Positions 1 to 13,779 are shown, numbered from the stretch's first letter. The stretch is DNA of 64,000 nt from Malacoraja senta (GCA_038087875.1 CM075992.1:7008001-7072000), one strand, 5' to 3'. Numbers and translations: made by a program. Notes: a model not told the origin generated them from the letters alone.

Positions 1-90
1 CTTGTTGCAAAACTTCCCTCTGCATCCTCTCTTTCTCTCTCTCTAAATTATATCCAGAAAGAACATTCATTCCCCAACCAGTCCACTCAC

Positions 91-600
91 GGCGTTTAAA
101 CTCCAAACAGATCGGCGAGCCACTTTAGACAAACAGTTTAATGTTTGGGGAACTAGCCGACTGCTATTTCTAAAGATACGTCCCGAGATTTTGACTGTAA
201 ACATCCCAAGTTCACTCAAAACATCAAAGGCACAACTGTTTAATATCAACAACGCATCTTAAAGTTATTGCAAAGCTCTGGATAAATTCACGTATCAATT
301 TGCTTCGAAACAAACGGTACTTTTAAAACTTCCACGACTTACATTAAAAGTTGACTCCCCAGCGCCGCAGTCAAATCCTCCTCCTGCTCCGACTTGAACG
401 ATTCGTATTGCAAGCGGCCAATGCCGAGATGGCTTAGGGACTCTCTCTAAATTGCCTCATCTGGAACAAACGCACGACGTAGCCTTTCAGGATCCACAGC
501 AACCAATGCACACGCCTTTTCCAGAGCTCCAAATCCCGGCCCCGTTTTAAATAGAGCTTTCTGTCCAAAAGTAAACATTCAAGGAAGTAAACAATTTCAT
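91..600 (-). promoter_or_regulatory. Candidate promoter and non-coding first exon of the next minus-strand gene (KANK2 expected by synteny)
   Basis: Repeat-free, CpG-enriched; minus-strand TATTTAAAA at 553-545; GTAAACA forkhead motifs at 571 and 587; GTGAGT donor at 90-85. Confidence 0.35.
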
Positions 601-1915
601 TTTAGATTATGTCATGGGATCATAGGGAGATGGAGTACACAAACAAGCCCTTGCCAATTGCATTATTTATATTTACGCCTACATAAATCCTATTTTTAAA
701 ATTATCTCAGCAACTCCCCCTAGATTCTACCTTACACACATGGGCAGTTTATAGCAGTCAATTCGTTTAGTATTAAAGGGTCTGAAGAAGGGCCTTGACC
801 TGAAACGTCACTTATTCTCTTTCTCCCAGACATGTTGCCTGATCCGCTGATTTACTCCAGCAATTTGTGTCTATCTTTAGTTTACTTTTGGTTCAAGTTT
901 AGTTTATTGTCACATGTACCGAGGCACAGTGAAAAGCTTCTTTGCTGCATGCTAATTAGTCAGCGGAAAGACTGTACATGATCACCGCCCATAGTGCACA
1001 GATACAGGATAAAGGGAATAAAGTGTAGTGCAAGGTAAAGTTTGATTAAAGATATAGCCCGAGGGTCTCCATTGAGGTAGATAGTAGTTCAGGACTGCTC
1101 TCTAGTTGTTGGAAGGATGGTTCAGTGGCCTGATAACACCCGAATCTTATATGTTTTAATAAGATCCCCTCTGAATTAAAAAAGAAACTGTCCATGAATC
1201 TGGAGGTGTGCGTTTTCACACTTCGGTACCTCTTGCCTGATGGCAGTGGGGAGAAGAGGGGGTGTCCGGGTGAGATATGTCCTTGATTATCGACCCTTCA
1301 TTAACCAATCAACCTGCACATCTTTAGGTCGCGGGAGGAAATCGGAGCAACCAGGGGAAATCTGAATGTCACATTGAGAAAGCAAGAAGTCCACACAGAC
1401 AGCACTGGAGATCAGGATGGAACCTGGGTCATCATTGGTGGGACTGTGGCTCTACATACTGCGCTGCTGAGGCATTACCATGTGGAATCACATAGGCCAG
1501 CATGATATTTTTGCCCGTCAAGTCCATGCTAGCTTTTTGAAAGATGCAGTTATACCACTATCCTGTCCTTTCTTGCAGGTCCATTTTTTCTCTTTCCAAT
1601 GCACATCTAGTTTGATGATCCCTTCTTCTCCTGGTTTTTGTCTTTCCATGTGTTGTTCACACCGTTTCTCAGCTACCAAAGGGGCCAACACATTTCAAGT
1701 TATTGTCATTTGATCTAGAAGCCAGCCGATAGGTTTGTGCTTCCCACTTGGAAATGCGTGACACTCCATGTTGGGTCAGTAGTCCACTGGTTGGAATGTT
1801 CATCCATGTTCAGAATTCTTTCCATGAAGGACGTTGGTTTCACCTGCAGGAAGGTTGTTGTGCAAGGATATAGTCATAGAATCACACACCATGGAAACAG
1901 GCCCTTCGTCCAACT

Positions 1916-2650
1916 TGCGAGATCTGGGTGTCCTTGTTCATCCGTCAGTGAAAGTAAGCATGCAGGTACAGCAGGCAGTGAAGAAAGCTTCACAGGCATG
2001 TTGGCCTTCATAACAACAGGAGTTGAGTATAGGAGCACAGAGGTTCTTCTGCAGTTGTTCAGGGCCCTAGTGAGACCACACCTGAGTATTGTGTGCAGTT
2101 TTGGTCTCCAAATTTGAGGAAGGACATTCTTGCTATTGAGGGAGTGCAGCATAGGTTCACAAGGTTAATTCCTGGGATGGTGGGACTGTCATATGTTGAT
2201 AGAATGGAGCGGCTGGGTTTGTATACGCTGCAATTTAGAAGGATGAGAGGATATCTTATTGAAACATATAAGATTATTAAGAGATTGGACATGCTAGATG
2301 CAGGAAACATGTTCCCAATGTTGGGGGAGTCCCAAACCAGGGGCCACAGTTTAAGAATAAGGGGTAGGCCATTTAGAACGGAGATGAGGAAAAACGTTTT
2401 CACCCAGAGAGTTGTGAATCTGTGTAATTCTCTGCCTCAGAAGGCAGTGGAGGCCAATTCTCTGGATGCTTTCAAGAGAGAGTTAGATAGAGCTCTTAAA
2501 GATAGCGTAGTCAAGGCATATGGTGGGAAGGCAGGAACGGGGTACTGAATGTGGATGATCAGCCATGATCACATTGAATGGCGGTGTTGGCTTGAAGGGC
2601 CGAATGGCCTACTCCTGCACCTATTGTCTATTGTCTATTGTCTATTGCAT
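1916..2650 (+). mobile_element. CR1/HER1-type LINE 3' fragment with (ctattgt)n tail
   Basis: ORF 2093-2548 encodes the RT C-terminus; 3' UTR and tail present. Confidence 0.9.
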
Positions 2651-3649
2651 CTATTAACCTTTTGTGTTTCATGTACGAGGAACACCAAGTCCATTTGTAC
2701 CACAACATTTTGTAGCCTCTTCTTTTAAATAAATGTTTTTTGTTCATTCTTCGTCCAACTTTTAGGATCCCACATTTTCCCAAATTGTACTTTAGCAGTC
2801 AACCTCTTGCCTGGGTGGTGGGAGAAAGGATGCAGTAAAGAGGCGGGTATCTGGGGAAGTGTAACTATGATTGTCCAGTGCATGGGTGGGGTTGTTGTGG
2901 TGAAGCAGCGTGGGATTAGAAAATGCATTGCCACTAATAGCTGGCTGGAGATGAGCAGGAAATCGCGTACCACCAAATGATGGCAATTCCTGTGGCACAA
3001 ATTAAAGGTAGGAGTCATGGATGTGTCAACATTTTCTTCAGTGTACCTGATCCAGAACAGGAGGGACACAACCTTGGTTCAAACAGAATGGGTGACATTT
3101 CAAAACACATTCTTGCCACCTACACAAGCTGCAAGAATGTAGGGAGCATTGTTTCTGAGGTTACTGAGGCAGAAAGAGAAACCTCCGTGGAAGTTGATTA
3201 AGTGGGAAAATATTACAGTGTAAGAGTGAATAACGCTAAGTAAAGAGAGAGCAGTTTCGATGTCCATGATGCAAACCGCTACATTCTCATCAACTACCAT
3301 ATGCTACTGGATCCACTGATACCAATCTTTTGGTTTCATTCAGACTATGTACAGCTTGTTTTTAGATTCCAATTTGACTTTACCCTGTAACCAGAGAGTG
3401 GGAAGTGTTATATTGTTTACTCGCCTAGCTGTGAAAGATTAGATCTCTTTCTTACCCCAACACTAATCAATGCTCTGAACATAGACTGCCCATGTGGACT
3501 GTGTGGCATGCAGACACAGTAAGGACAGTACCTGGAAACACCAGGGAGGTTCCCATTGTGCCCAGAAGTGTTGACCACATTGCAGCCTTCAAGAGCAAAG
3601 CATCAGAGACTACGCCCCCCCCGTCCCCATCCTCACATTGGAGTCAAAG

Positions 3650-4200
3650 AGTCATAGAGTGATACAGAGTGGAAACGGGCAACTTCGGCCCAACTTGCCC
3701 AACATGTCCCAGTTACACTAGTTCCACCTGCTCGTGTTTGGTCCACATCCCTCCAAACCTGTCCTATCCATGTACCTGTCTAACAGATTCTTAAATGTTG
3801 TGATAGTCCCTGCCTCAACTACCCCCTCTGACTGCTTGTTCCATACACCCACCACCCTTAGTGTGAAAAAGTTACCCCTCAGATTCCTATTAAATCTTTT
3901 CCCCTTCACCTTAAACCTATGTCCTCTGGTTCTCGATTCACCTACTCTGGGCAAGAGACTCTGTGCATCTACCCGATCTATTCGTCTCATGATCTTACAC
4001 ACCTCGATAAGGGCACCCATCATCTTCCTTCCCTCCAAGGACTAGAGTCCTAGCCTACTTAACCTCTCCCCATAGCTCAGACCCTCTAGCCCTGGCAACA
4101 TCCTTGTAAATCTTCTCAGTACCCTTTCCAGCTTGACAACATCTTTCCTTTAACATGGCGCCCAGAACTGAACACAATACTCTAAACTGAACACAATACT
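3650..4200 (-). mobile_element. CR1-type LINE 3' fragment
   Basis: ORF 3718-4038 with RTRGHRFK...FFT motifs. Confidence 0.85.
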
Positions 4201-4375
4201 CTACATCCTCTTAATTAATGCACAGACCCTAGAGAATAAGATTGAGGACTAAAGAGCAAGAGTGTTTCACCAAAGGGACGTGAGGGAATGTTGTGTGGTT
4301 CACAGAGAATGGGCTCACCCACCCACTCCCAAGACTCAGCTCTCCAGCCCAAAGGTTTCTCCATTCATTGCACAG

Positions 4376-5428
4376 TCCCACACCGGAGATTAGTGGCCAA
4401 AATTAGAGCACATGGTATTGGGGGTAGGGTATTGACATGGATAGAAAATTGGTTGGCAGACAGGAAACAAAGAGTAGGGATTAACGCGTCCCTTTCAGAA
4501 GGGCAGGTTGTAACTAGTGGGGTGCCTGGACCACAGCTACAGTATTTACAATATATATTAATGATTTAGATGAAGGCATTAAAAGTAACATTAACAAATT
4601 TGCAGATGACGCAAAGCTGGGTGGCAGTGTGAACTGTGAAGAGGATGCTATGAGGATGCATGGTGACTTGGATAGGTTGGGTGAGTGGGCAGATGCATGG
4701 CAGATGCAGTATAATGTGGATAAATGTGAGGTTATCCACTTTGGTGGCAAAAAGAAGAAGGCAAATTATTATCTGAATGGTGTCAGATTAGGAAAAGGGG
4801 AAGTGCAATGAGACCTGGGTGTCCTTGTACATCAGTCACTGAAAGTAAGCATGCAGGTACAACAGGCAGTAAAGAATGCTAATGGCATGTTGGCCTTCAT
4901 AACGAGACGATTTGAGTATTGGAGCAAAGAGATCCCTTTGCAATTGTAAAGGGCCCTGGTGAGACCACATCTGGAGTATTGTGTGCAGTTTTGGTCTCCT
5001 AATTTGAAGAAGAACATTCTTGCTATCGAAGAAGTGCAGCGTAGGTTCACGAGGTTAATCCCCGTGATGGCGATGGCGGTACTGTCATATGATGAAAGAA
5101 AGGAATGACTGGGCTTGTATTCACTGGAGTTTAGTAGGATGAGAGGATATCTTATAGAAACATATAAAATTATTAAAAGATTGGACATGCTAGATGCAGG
5201 TAACATGTTCCCAATGTTGGGGGAGTCCAGAACCAGGTGCCACAGTTTAAGAATAAGGGGTAGGCCATTTCGAACGGCGATGAGGAAAAACATTTTCACC
5301 CAGAGAGTTGTGAATTTGTGGAATTCTCTGCCTCAGAAGGCAGTGGAGGTCGATTCACTGGATGCATCCAAAATAGAGTTAGATAGAGCTGTTAGGGCTA
5401 GTGGAATCAAGGGATATGGGGAGAAGGC
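4376..5428 (+). mobile_element. CR1-type LINE fragment (degenerate RT with FADD motif)
   Basis: ORFs 4288, 4629 and 5115 are frameshifted pieces of one RT. Confidence 0.9.
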
Positions 5429-7215
5429 CGGCGGTGGCGGCAGTAGGTCCGTGGAAGCGCCATTATCCGGGGATGGCATGGGCAACGTCGGTAGGTCAGT
5501 CTGCTAGGGTGGATATCCGTTATGAAGAAGTCCGTGAAATCAAAGGTTTACTCTTGGACGTAAGCAGATGTACTTTTGAACTGTTACCATTTGTCCTCCT
5601 CAATGAACAACAGGCCATAAAACTAAACTCCAGAATTCAGACATGTTGCAATGGACTGCTGTAAAACTGGAGGAGATTTGACTGATTTTCCAAAGGCAGA
5701 ACCAGCAGCGAGCACTAAACTCCTCATACATGCTGTTTTTTTCTGTTTTTATCCTCCCACAAATATGTAATATGTGAATATGTGATTCTGTTCTATTCTG
5801 TTTTGTAGTTTTTTTGCACAATCCGCAAGCATTGCCACTTTTCATTTCACTGCACATCTCGTATGCCTTTGTGACGAATAAACTTGACTTGACTTGACTT
5901 GACTTGAAATTGTGTGTAGGAAGGAACTGTAGATGCTGGTTTAAACTGAAGATAGACACAAAAAGCTGGAGTAACTCAGCGGGCCCGGCAGCATCTCTGG
6001 AGAGAAGGGCAGTCTGAAGAAGGGTTTTAACCCAAAATGTCACCTATTCCTTTTCTCTAGAGATGCTGCCTGACAAGTCCATCTTCAGACTATGTGCCCA
6101 GCTGTACTGTGCAATGCTAATCTGAACAGTAATGGAACATAGAATGGCACAAGAAGTGGTCCTTTGGCCACAATGTCTGTGCCGAACATGATTCCATGTT
6201 AAACTAATCTCCTCTGCCTGATGTGATCCATATCCCTCCATTCCCTGCCTTTCTAAAAGCCTCTTCAATGCCATTATTGTATCTTCCACCATCTCCACCC
6301 CTGGCAGTGCGTTCCAGGCACCCACCATCCACTGTGTAAAAGACATGTCCCGCACAATTTGTCCCTCTTACCTTAAAGCTGTGCCTTCTCCTCTCTAATA
6401 TTGCATTATTTATGAATTAGTATAAAGTGAACCTCAGAAGTGTGAAGGTTGACAACAATGCTGGAGAAACTCAGCGGGTGAGGCAGCATGTATGGAGCGA
6501 AGGAAATAGGCAACGTTTCGGGTCGAAACCCTTCTTCAGACAGAAGTGTGAAGTCACATCTTCATTAATCACATTCACATTTCTTTACAGTTGTACCGCA
6601 TGTGTGCAGCTGTTAAAAATCTTTACCTCGCCACTGTGCAATGCTACATTAGCTCCTTTCGCTACTTTTATTGCGTTCCCACCCTGTAAAACTGGTTTTG
6701 GTTTAGAACCATATGGTTACGTATCCCGACAGCCTTCCCTTTCAACACACTCCAACTAAAGCAGTGTCGTTCCTTCCTTGCATACTCAGCACTGCCAGGA
6801 TCCCCTGACGTTCTCTGTATTAAGCTGGCCATCCTCATTCATCTCATTATTCTTTTTTGTTTCTGTTTCGGCACAACCCTGCATGCAATATCAGTGCAGT
6901 CCGGGCTCTCTCCTTCAGACCCATTTCTCTCTTTCTCTCCGGTTACTTTCTGGGACAGCAGCCAAACCACTTGGCTTTCTATCTGCTCTGTCAACATCCT
7001 GCTTGGGCAACGCATGACTTCTCGGTATTGACTTCAACTTTCCACTCCTATTACAATGCCCAACATCCTACTCCTTCCCATCCGTTCCAAATGTTTTACA
7101 AATCTCTTGCTTAACCATCATCGGCGATCACTCGAAGTCTAGTGTGTCTGTCCTCCTGGTGGGTCCTTTCTGCGGGTCTTCAGATGGTTGATCCTGGAGC
7201 CACAGACTTTATGTT

Positions 7216-7398
7216 GTTAAAGAAGGAACTGCAGATGCTGGAAAATCGAAGGTACACAAAAATGCTGGAGAAACTCAGCGGGTGCAGCAGCATCTATGGA
7301 GCGAAGGAAATAGGCAACGTTTCGGGCCGAAACGTTGCCTATTTCCTTCGCTCCATAGATGCTGCTGCACCCGCTGAGTTTCTTCAGCATTTTTGTGT
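7216..7398. mobile_element. Penelope-pLTR-derived short palindromic insertion (representative of >20 copies in the window)
   Basis: ~70-bp near-perfect inverted arms centred at ~7326; 17-bp TSD gccacagactttatgtt at 7199 and 7399; same sequence as the 3' end of the PLE at 59490. Confidence 0.85.
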
Positions 7399-10300
7399 GC
7401 CACAGACTTTATGTTCTACCAGGTGGACGCCTGTGCGTGACATCTTTTACCGTGGGGACACTGGTGCACGGACAACCACCACACGGTCCTTGGCAGAGAC
7501 AGACCCGGGTCCAACGGCATGGACTCCACCACCTCTCCTTGCTGCAACCTTGTTCAATCTTCTCAGCTGCTGTGGTGTTCCACACTCCGGCCAGCCTCCA
7601 TCCTCCACCTGTTCCACCATTGAGGTTTAGACAACAGACAATACTGTAGGTTTTGGTTTCCTCCCACAATCCAAAAACATACAGGTTTGTAGGTTAATTG
7701 GCTTGGTATCCATGTAAAATTGTCCCTAGTGTGTGTAGGGTAGTGTTAATATGCGGGGATCGCTGGTCGGTGCGGACTCGGTGGGCCAAAGGGCCTGTTT
7801 CCGGGCTGTACGAGTATCTCTAAAACTAAAATAAAGCATACCTCCAGATTCAGGGACAGTTCAGGCAACTGAACCATCCTCTCACCAACTAGTGTGGTCC
7901 TGACCTCCCATCTACCTTATTTATACATAGATACATAGACAATCGGTGCAGGAGTAGGCCATTCGGCCCTTCGAGCCAGCACCCCTATTCAATGTGATCA
8001 TGGCCGATCATCCCCAATCAGTACCCCATTCCTGCCTTCTCCCCATATCCCCAGAATCCGCTATCTTTAAGAGCCCTATCTAGCTCTCTCTTGAAAGCAT
8101 CCAGAGAACCTGCCTCCACCGTCCTCTGAGGCAGAGAATTCCAGACTCACCACTCTCTGTGAGAAAACGTGTTTCCTCGTCTCCGTTCTAAATGGCTTAC
8201 TCCTTATTCTTAAACTGTGGCCCCTGGTTCTGGACTCCCCCAACAACGGGAACATGGGGTTTAGTTTAGTTTAGATTTTAGTTTAGAGATACAGCGCGGA
8301 AACAGGCCCTTCGGCCCACAGAGTCCATGCCGACCAGCGATCCCCGTGCACTAGCACCATCCTACATACTAGAGACAATTTACAATTTTTACCGAAGACG
8401 AATAACCTACAAACCGGCTCATCTTTGGAGTGTGGGAGGAAACCGGAGCACCCGGACAAACCCCATGCGGTCACGGGGACGAACGTACAAACTCCGTACA
8501 GACAACGCTCGTTGTCAGGATCGAACCCGGGTCTCTACAGCTGCACTACTGTGCCGGCCCTTCTGTTATAAGTGCAACTCTGCTAGATCGATGAAAATGT
8601 CCTAGGAATGAATTTCTATTGATGGAAAATGCCTGAAGAAAAATAGAAAGAGTACTCATTCCGGAAGGAATTATAGTAATTATACTGATCCATAGAGGAC
8701 AGGGTGATCCGGGATTTAATATGTATTCAGTGTTATTTTAGATCATTACACTCAAGCAGTGAATTTGTCATAATTTGTCTGAGTCTTGACAAAAGAAAGG
8801 AAAATGTTAAAGTGTTGGAGTAACTCAGTGGGTCAGAGATGAGTTACTCCAGCACTTTGTGTCTTTCTTTGTAAACCATCATCTGCAATTCTTCGTTTCT
8901 ACAATGGTAAATTTGAGCCATTTCTCCCGATCTTGCTCAGGAACAAGCATGTTCTGTCAGAAAGAGCAACATACCATACTGTGTTAGGATATAATACTCC
9001 TGGCTGCGTAGTGCCCAATGACAAACTGGGTTATATCACCGGGACTTAGTTTAGTGTTACAGCATGGAAACAAGCCCTTTGGCCCACCGAGTCCACGCCG
9101 ACCAACGATCACCCTTACACTAGTTCTAACCTACACCCAAGGGATAATTTACAGAAACCAATTAACCTACAAACCTGCACGTCTGTGGAGTATGGGAGGA
9201 AATCGGAGCACCAGTAGGAAACCCACGCGGTCACAAGGAGTACATTCAAACTATACAGACAGCACCCAAGGTCAGGATCGAACCTGGGTCTCTGGAGCTA
9301 TAAAGCAGCAACTCTACCGCTGCCCCATAGTGCCACCCTAACTTCTCTACAAAGGGTGGGAAATGTGTTAATAATTTTACACTTTACTTAAGTGGATATT
9401 TTGAGACATCCCCCAAGTACAGGGAGGGTGTGGGACCTCATGGGTCACATTTCATTTACTTTTATGGTAGATTATGGAGTTGATATCCCTCAAATAGGCA
9501 GTCTGGATACTTCTGAGTAATTTGACTGTTGCTGAATTTTCCCACCACTGTATTAAACTCCATGTTATATTATTTTATTGCTCTGTGAGAGCAGTATCAA
9601 AAATATTTCAAGCCAATTACCAGCTGTGCAATGTCACAGCAAAATATAAAGGAGTTGCTGTATTAACGTCTTCCAAACGCGTTGAGCATTCCCGGCCCAA
9701 TAAAGCAATGGCATCAGAGAAGGAAAGACTACACTCTCCTCCCATTTCTATGAGAAAACATAGTTGCATTGTTTAATGGCAAGGTTCTGTATATTTTGCC
9801 CAGGAAGGCCACAAAATCACCCAGTTATTCTGCTCAAACCAGGACTAAGTCACTTAAATGGTTGCTGTCTAAACATATCATCCACGGCTACGTCAGTTTC
9901 TCGTTTGGTGTGGTCATTGACTTCAATATCCACCCTTCTACAGATGCACATTGTAACAGCCTCTTATCTTCAGACACTTTGCAGTGCGGCTCCTAAATTA
10001 CTTTGGCTGTGACTTATCACTTTTACCACCAAGGACAAGCAAAGATATCATGTGAGCACAACCGCCTCCAAGCTGTATATCACCCATTTCTATCATGGAT
10101 TATCCAGTAAACATAGAAAATAGGTGCAGGAGTAGGTCATTCGGCCCTTCGAGCCAGCACCACCATTCAATATGATCATGGCTAATCATCCAAAATCAGT
10201 ACCTGCTTTCTCCCCATATCCCTTGATTCCTTTAGCCCCAAGAGCTAAATCTAACTCTCCCTTGAAAACATCCAGTGAATTGGCCTCCACTGCCTTCTGG

Positions 10301-10420
10301 GGCAGAGAATTCCAAATTCACAACTCTCTGAGTGAAAAAGTTGTTCCTCATCTCAGTCCTAAATGTCCTATCCCTTATTCTTAAACTGTGACCCCTGGTT
10401 CTGGACTCCCCCAACATCGG

Positions 10421-11844
10421 GAACATTTTTCCTGCATCTAGCCTGTCCAATCCCTTAAGAACATTTTTCCTGCATCTAGCCTGTCCAATCCCTGAAGAAC
10501 ATTTTTCCTGCATAAACATAGAAACATAGAAAGTAGGTGCGAGAGTAGACCACCAGGCCCATCGAGCCCGCACCGCCATTCGCTCATGGCTGAACACTAA
10601 ACAGACACCCTTACCCACAAACAGTAGACACAAGACACAGAACACAAGACACTACCCTCCCCTTTATATCGCTATCATCCCTCTCCACCCCAAGAACCGC
10701 GTGATCTCCTGGGGGAGGCAAAAAACCGGATAAAAACCCAGGTCCAATTCGGGAAAAAAATCCGGGAAATTCCTCTCCGACCCCAATCCAGGCGATCGAC
10801 ACTTGTCCAGGAGATCACTCAGGTCTTACTATACTAACCATACCTAGGTCCATATCCCTGCCCTCTCCCCGTAGCCCCTTATCCCCTTGGCAGCTAAAAA
10901 ACCATCTATTTTAGATTTAAATATATTTAATGTTTCTGCTTCCACTGCTCCCTGGGGCAGTGAATTCCATAAATTAACCACCCTCTGGGTGAAGAAGTTC
11001 TTCCTCATCTCAGTTTTAAAAGAGCCCCCTCTTATTCTACAACTATGTCCCCTAGTTCTAGTTTCCCCGATCATTGGGAACATCCTCGGTGCATCCACCC
11101 GATCAAGGCCCCTCACGATCTTATATGTTTCAATGAGATCGCCTCTCATTCTTCTAAACTCCAAAGAGTAGAGTTCCAGCCTACTTAACCTTTCCTCATA
11201 TGTCAATCCCCTCATTGCAGGAATTAATCTTGTAAACCTTCGCTGCACTGCCTCCAGGGCCAGTACATCCTTTCTTAAGTATGGACCCCAGAACTGTACA
11301 CAGTATTCCAAATGTGGTCTCACTAATACTGTGTACAGCTGCAGCAAGACCTCCATGTTTTTATACTCAATCCCCCTAGCAATAAAGGCCAAAACTCCAT
11401 TGGCCTTCCTGATTGCTTGCTGCACCTGCATACTAACTTTTAGTGATTCATGTACTACTACCCCTAGATCCCTTTGCGTTGCATTACAACGCAGCTCCAC
11501 CTCATTTAGAAAATAACTTGCCCTATCATTTTTTTTCCCAAAGTGAATGACTTCACATTTATTAGTATTAAATTTCATCTGCCAAGTTGTTGCCCACTCA
11601 CCTAGCTTATCTATATCCTTTTGCACTCTTCCTATCCTCCTCATCCCCTACTTTTCCTCCCATTTTTGTATCTAGCCTGTCCAATCCCTGAAGAACATTT
11701 TTCCTGCATCTAGCCTGTCCAATCCCTGAAGAACATTTTTCCTGCATCTAGCCTGTCCAATCCCTGAAGAACATTTTTCCTGCATCTAGCCTGTCCAATC
11801 CCTTAAGAACATTTTTCCTGCATCAAGCTTGTCCAAACCCTTAA
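10421..11844. repeat. Seven copies of a 38-bp tandem unit at the truncation end of an older CR1 (10110-), split by the nested LINE
   Basis: Unit gaacatttttcctgcatctagcctgtccaatccct(t/g)aa at 10421, 10459, 10497/11672, 11693, 11731, 11769, 11807. Confidence 0.9.
10514..11670 (-). mobile_element. Young 5'-truncated CR1-clade LINE (uninterrupted RT C-terminal ORF 10844-11644, ~330-nt 3' UTR, microsatellite tail)
   Basis: WQMKFNTNKC, RPHLEYC and RTRGH motifs with no stops; inserted inside an older CR1. Confidence 0.92.
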
Positions 11845-13779
11845 GAATCCCTTCCCAGTACTCTAGAATTCGCCTGGTTAGACAACTGCTCTGCTCTTGA
11901 CCACCTGAGTCTGCAGACAGTGGTGAACACAGCCCAGTCCATCAAATGCTCATCACTTATTTCCAACTAGCTCATCTTCACAATACTTTGCATCAGGAAG
12001 GATGGAAGTATCAACGAGAATGCCCATCTCCCTGGTCATTCCTTTTCCTCACTTCTACCCTCTCACCTGTCGCATGAACAATCTTAAAGATCCAGGAACA
12101 TGAAAGCTCTGATGTCCATAGTTAAGAACAGATTCTCCACGGCGATCAGACTCCTGAACCATCCACCTCTTTGGATATGCTGTCCTGCTGGTGCTGCCGC
12201 ATTTATAATTTAACTATTAACTCTACCTCATTCAGATATTCCAATATTATACTTCTTTTTTTGTACTAATTCAGCTGTGACTCCAATCTTGGCACCATTT
12301 TGCTGCTCTAGCATTTGCTGTTGTACTTGTGTGCCTATCTTTATTGGTTATGAGCATCGTGCAACTAGGAATAACTTTGCACCTGCTGTATATGACAAGT
12401 TAATTCATCTGATCTGATCAAAACATAATGGCCAATGTTTAGTGAGGAGAACCCACTTGCTCTACATTGATGGAACAAAAGGTTGAAGACCTTAAAGTTA
12501 TGTCCTCGTGAAGAGTTTCAAATGAAGCTGCAGTTTCAAGATAGGGTCATTGATTTGAAACCAAGGAATGTGGACATTTCTTCTCACAGAACGTAGCAAA
12601 TCTCTGAAATTCTCTATCCCAGGTGTGGAGGCTAGATTAATATAAATGCTTAAAGTGGAGGAAATACTCTTTTTGAAAGATGAGGGAATCTATGAGAGAT
12701 CTGCTATAGAGGAGTTGATGATACTGGATGGTGAGAAAGGCTTGAGAGACCTGATGGCATATTCCTGTCCCTATTTTCTTGCACCACCACCATCTATGTT
12801 GCATGAACAAGCTAGAATATACAAAAGGATGCCTGCTGCTAGCAGTCCAACTTGATTTTGTTTATTCAAAGAACTGCAGTGTTTACAGGTCATATGTAAT
12901 GATTTGTCCAATAACCAAGGAATAGTTGGAAAATCAATTGCAAAAGAACTGGAGGGGGGCATTTTACTCAGTTTTCAGTTTTGTGAATACTCAACCTGGA
13001 ATGGCAGCATCCACAAACCTAAGGAACAATACACAGCAGGAACCTTCAAAAAATAAACTGAAACAGAAAAGTATTTTAGGAGGCAACATTTTTAAAAGAT
13101 CAAAGCCCCAAGCCTTACTTTGCCAGTTTTACTGCAACAGGAATTTGCTGCTTGCATTGAAGAGATCAATAAAGAAATGACTTTATGCAGAGGCTGCAAA
13201 TTGAATGCAGGCAGCCTTGTTTCGCAGATTTCCAGGTTTGGAAGATGAAGCATTGCAGATGGACTATCCACCATGTGGTACCCAGGGTAAGTATTAACTA
13301 AGAAATGTAATTTTCTAAATCAAGTTAATGGTCATAAAATACAAAATAATTAAAATGTTTGCTAGATTTTGAAAGCTTTTAATTTAAAATTTAAGTTTGA
13401 TTCTTTTTAAATTAATTTTTGACTCTTTCTCCTTATCAGAAAAAAATGGATTTTTTGAGGATTTTAACTGTTGGCGAAGCTGGAGAGTGTGGTTTAGCAG
13501 GCTGACATTTTTTAAAACAGTATTTCTGAGAGTGAAGCTTGTTCAGGGCTGGCCGTACAATAGTGATTTATGTCTGGAAGGTCCTGTGCTCTATAGGGAC
13601 TTGACAATGAATCTTTCATTGGATGAATAGTGCTTTATTATCACAAAGTGCAAAACATAGTGGAATTCATATTTTTACTGTCCACCATGTTTGCAGCTGG
13701 AAACATCAAGAGTTTTGACCAAGAATCAGCAGTTTGGTGATGTTCCGAGAAGTGTGGGAAAAAAGTAACCATCACAATG

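Noticed and set aside
7142..7630. 162-aa ORF and the many similar short ORFs in the track
   Set aside because: They run through palindromic repeats, SINEs or LINEs, or are antisense shadows of DOCK6 exons
10421..11844. 38-bp repeats as a CRISPR-like array
   Set aside because: Head-to-tail with no unique spacers, derived from CR1 sequence, eukaryotic context
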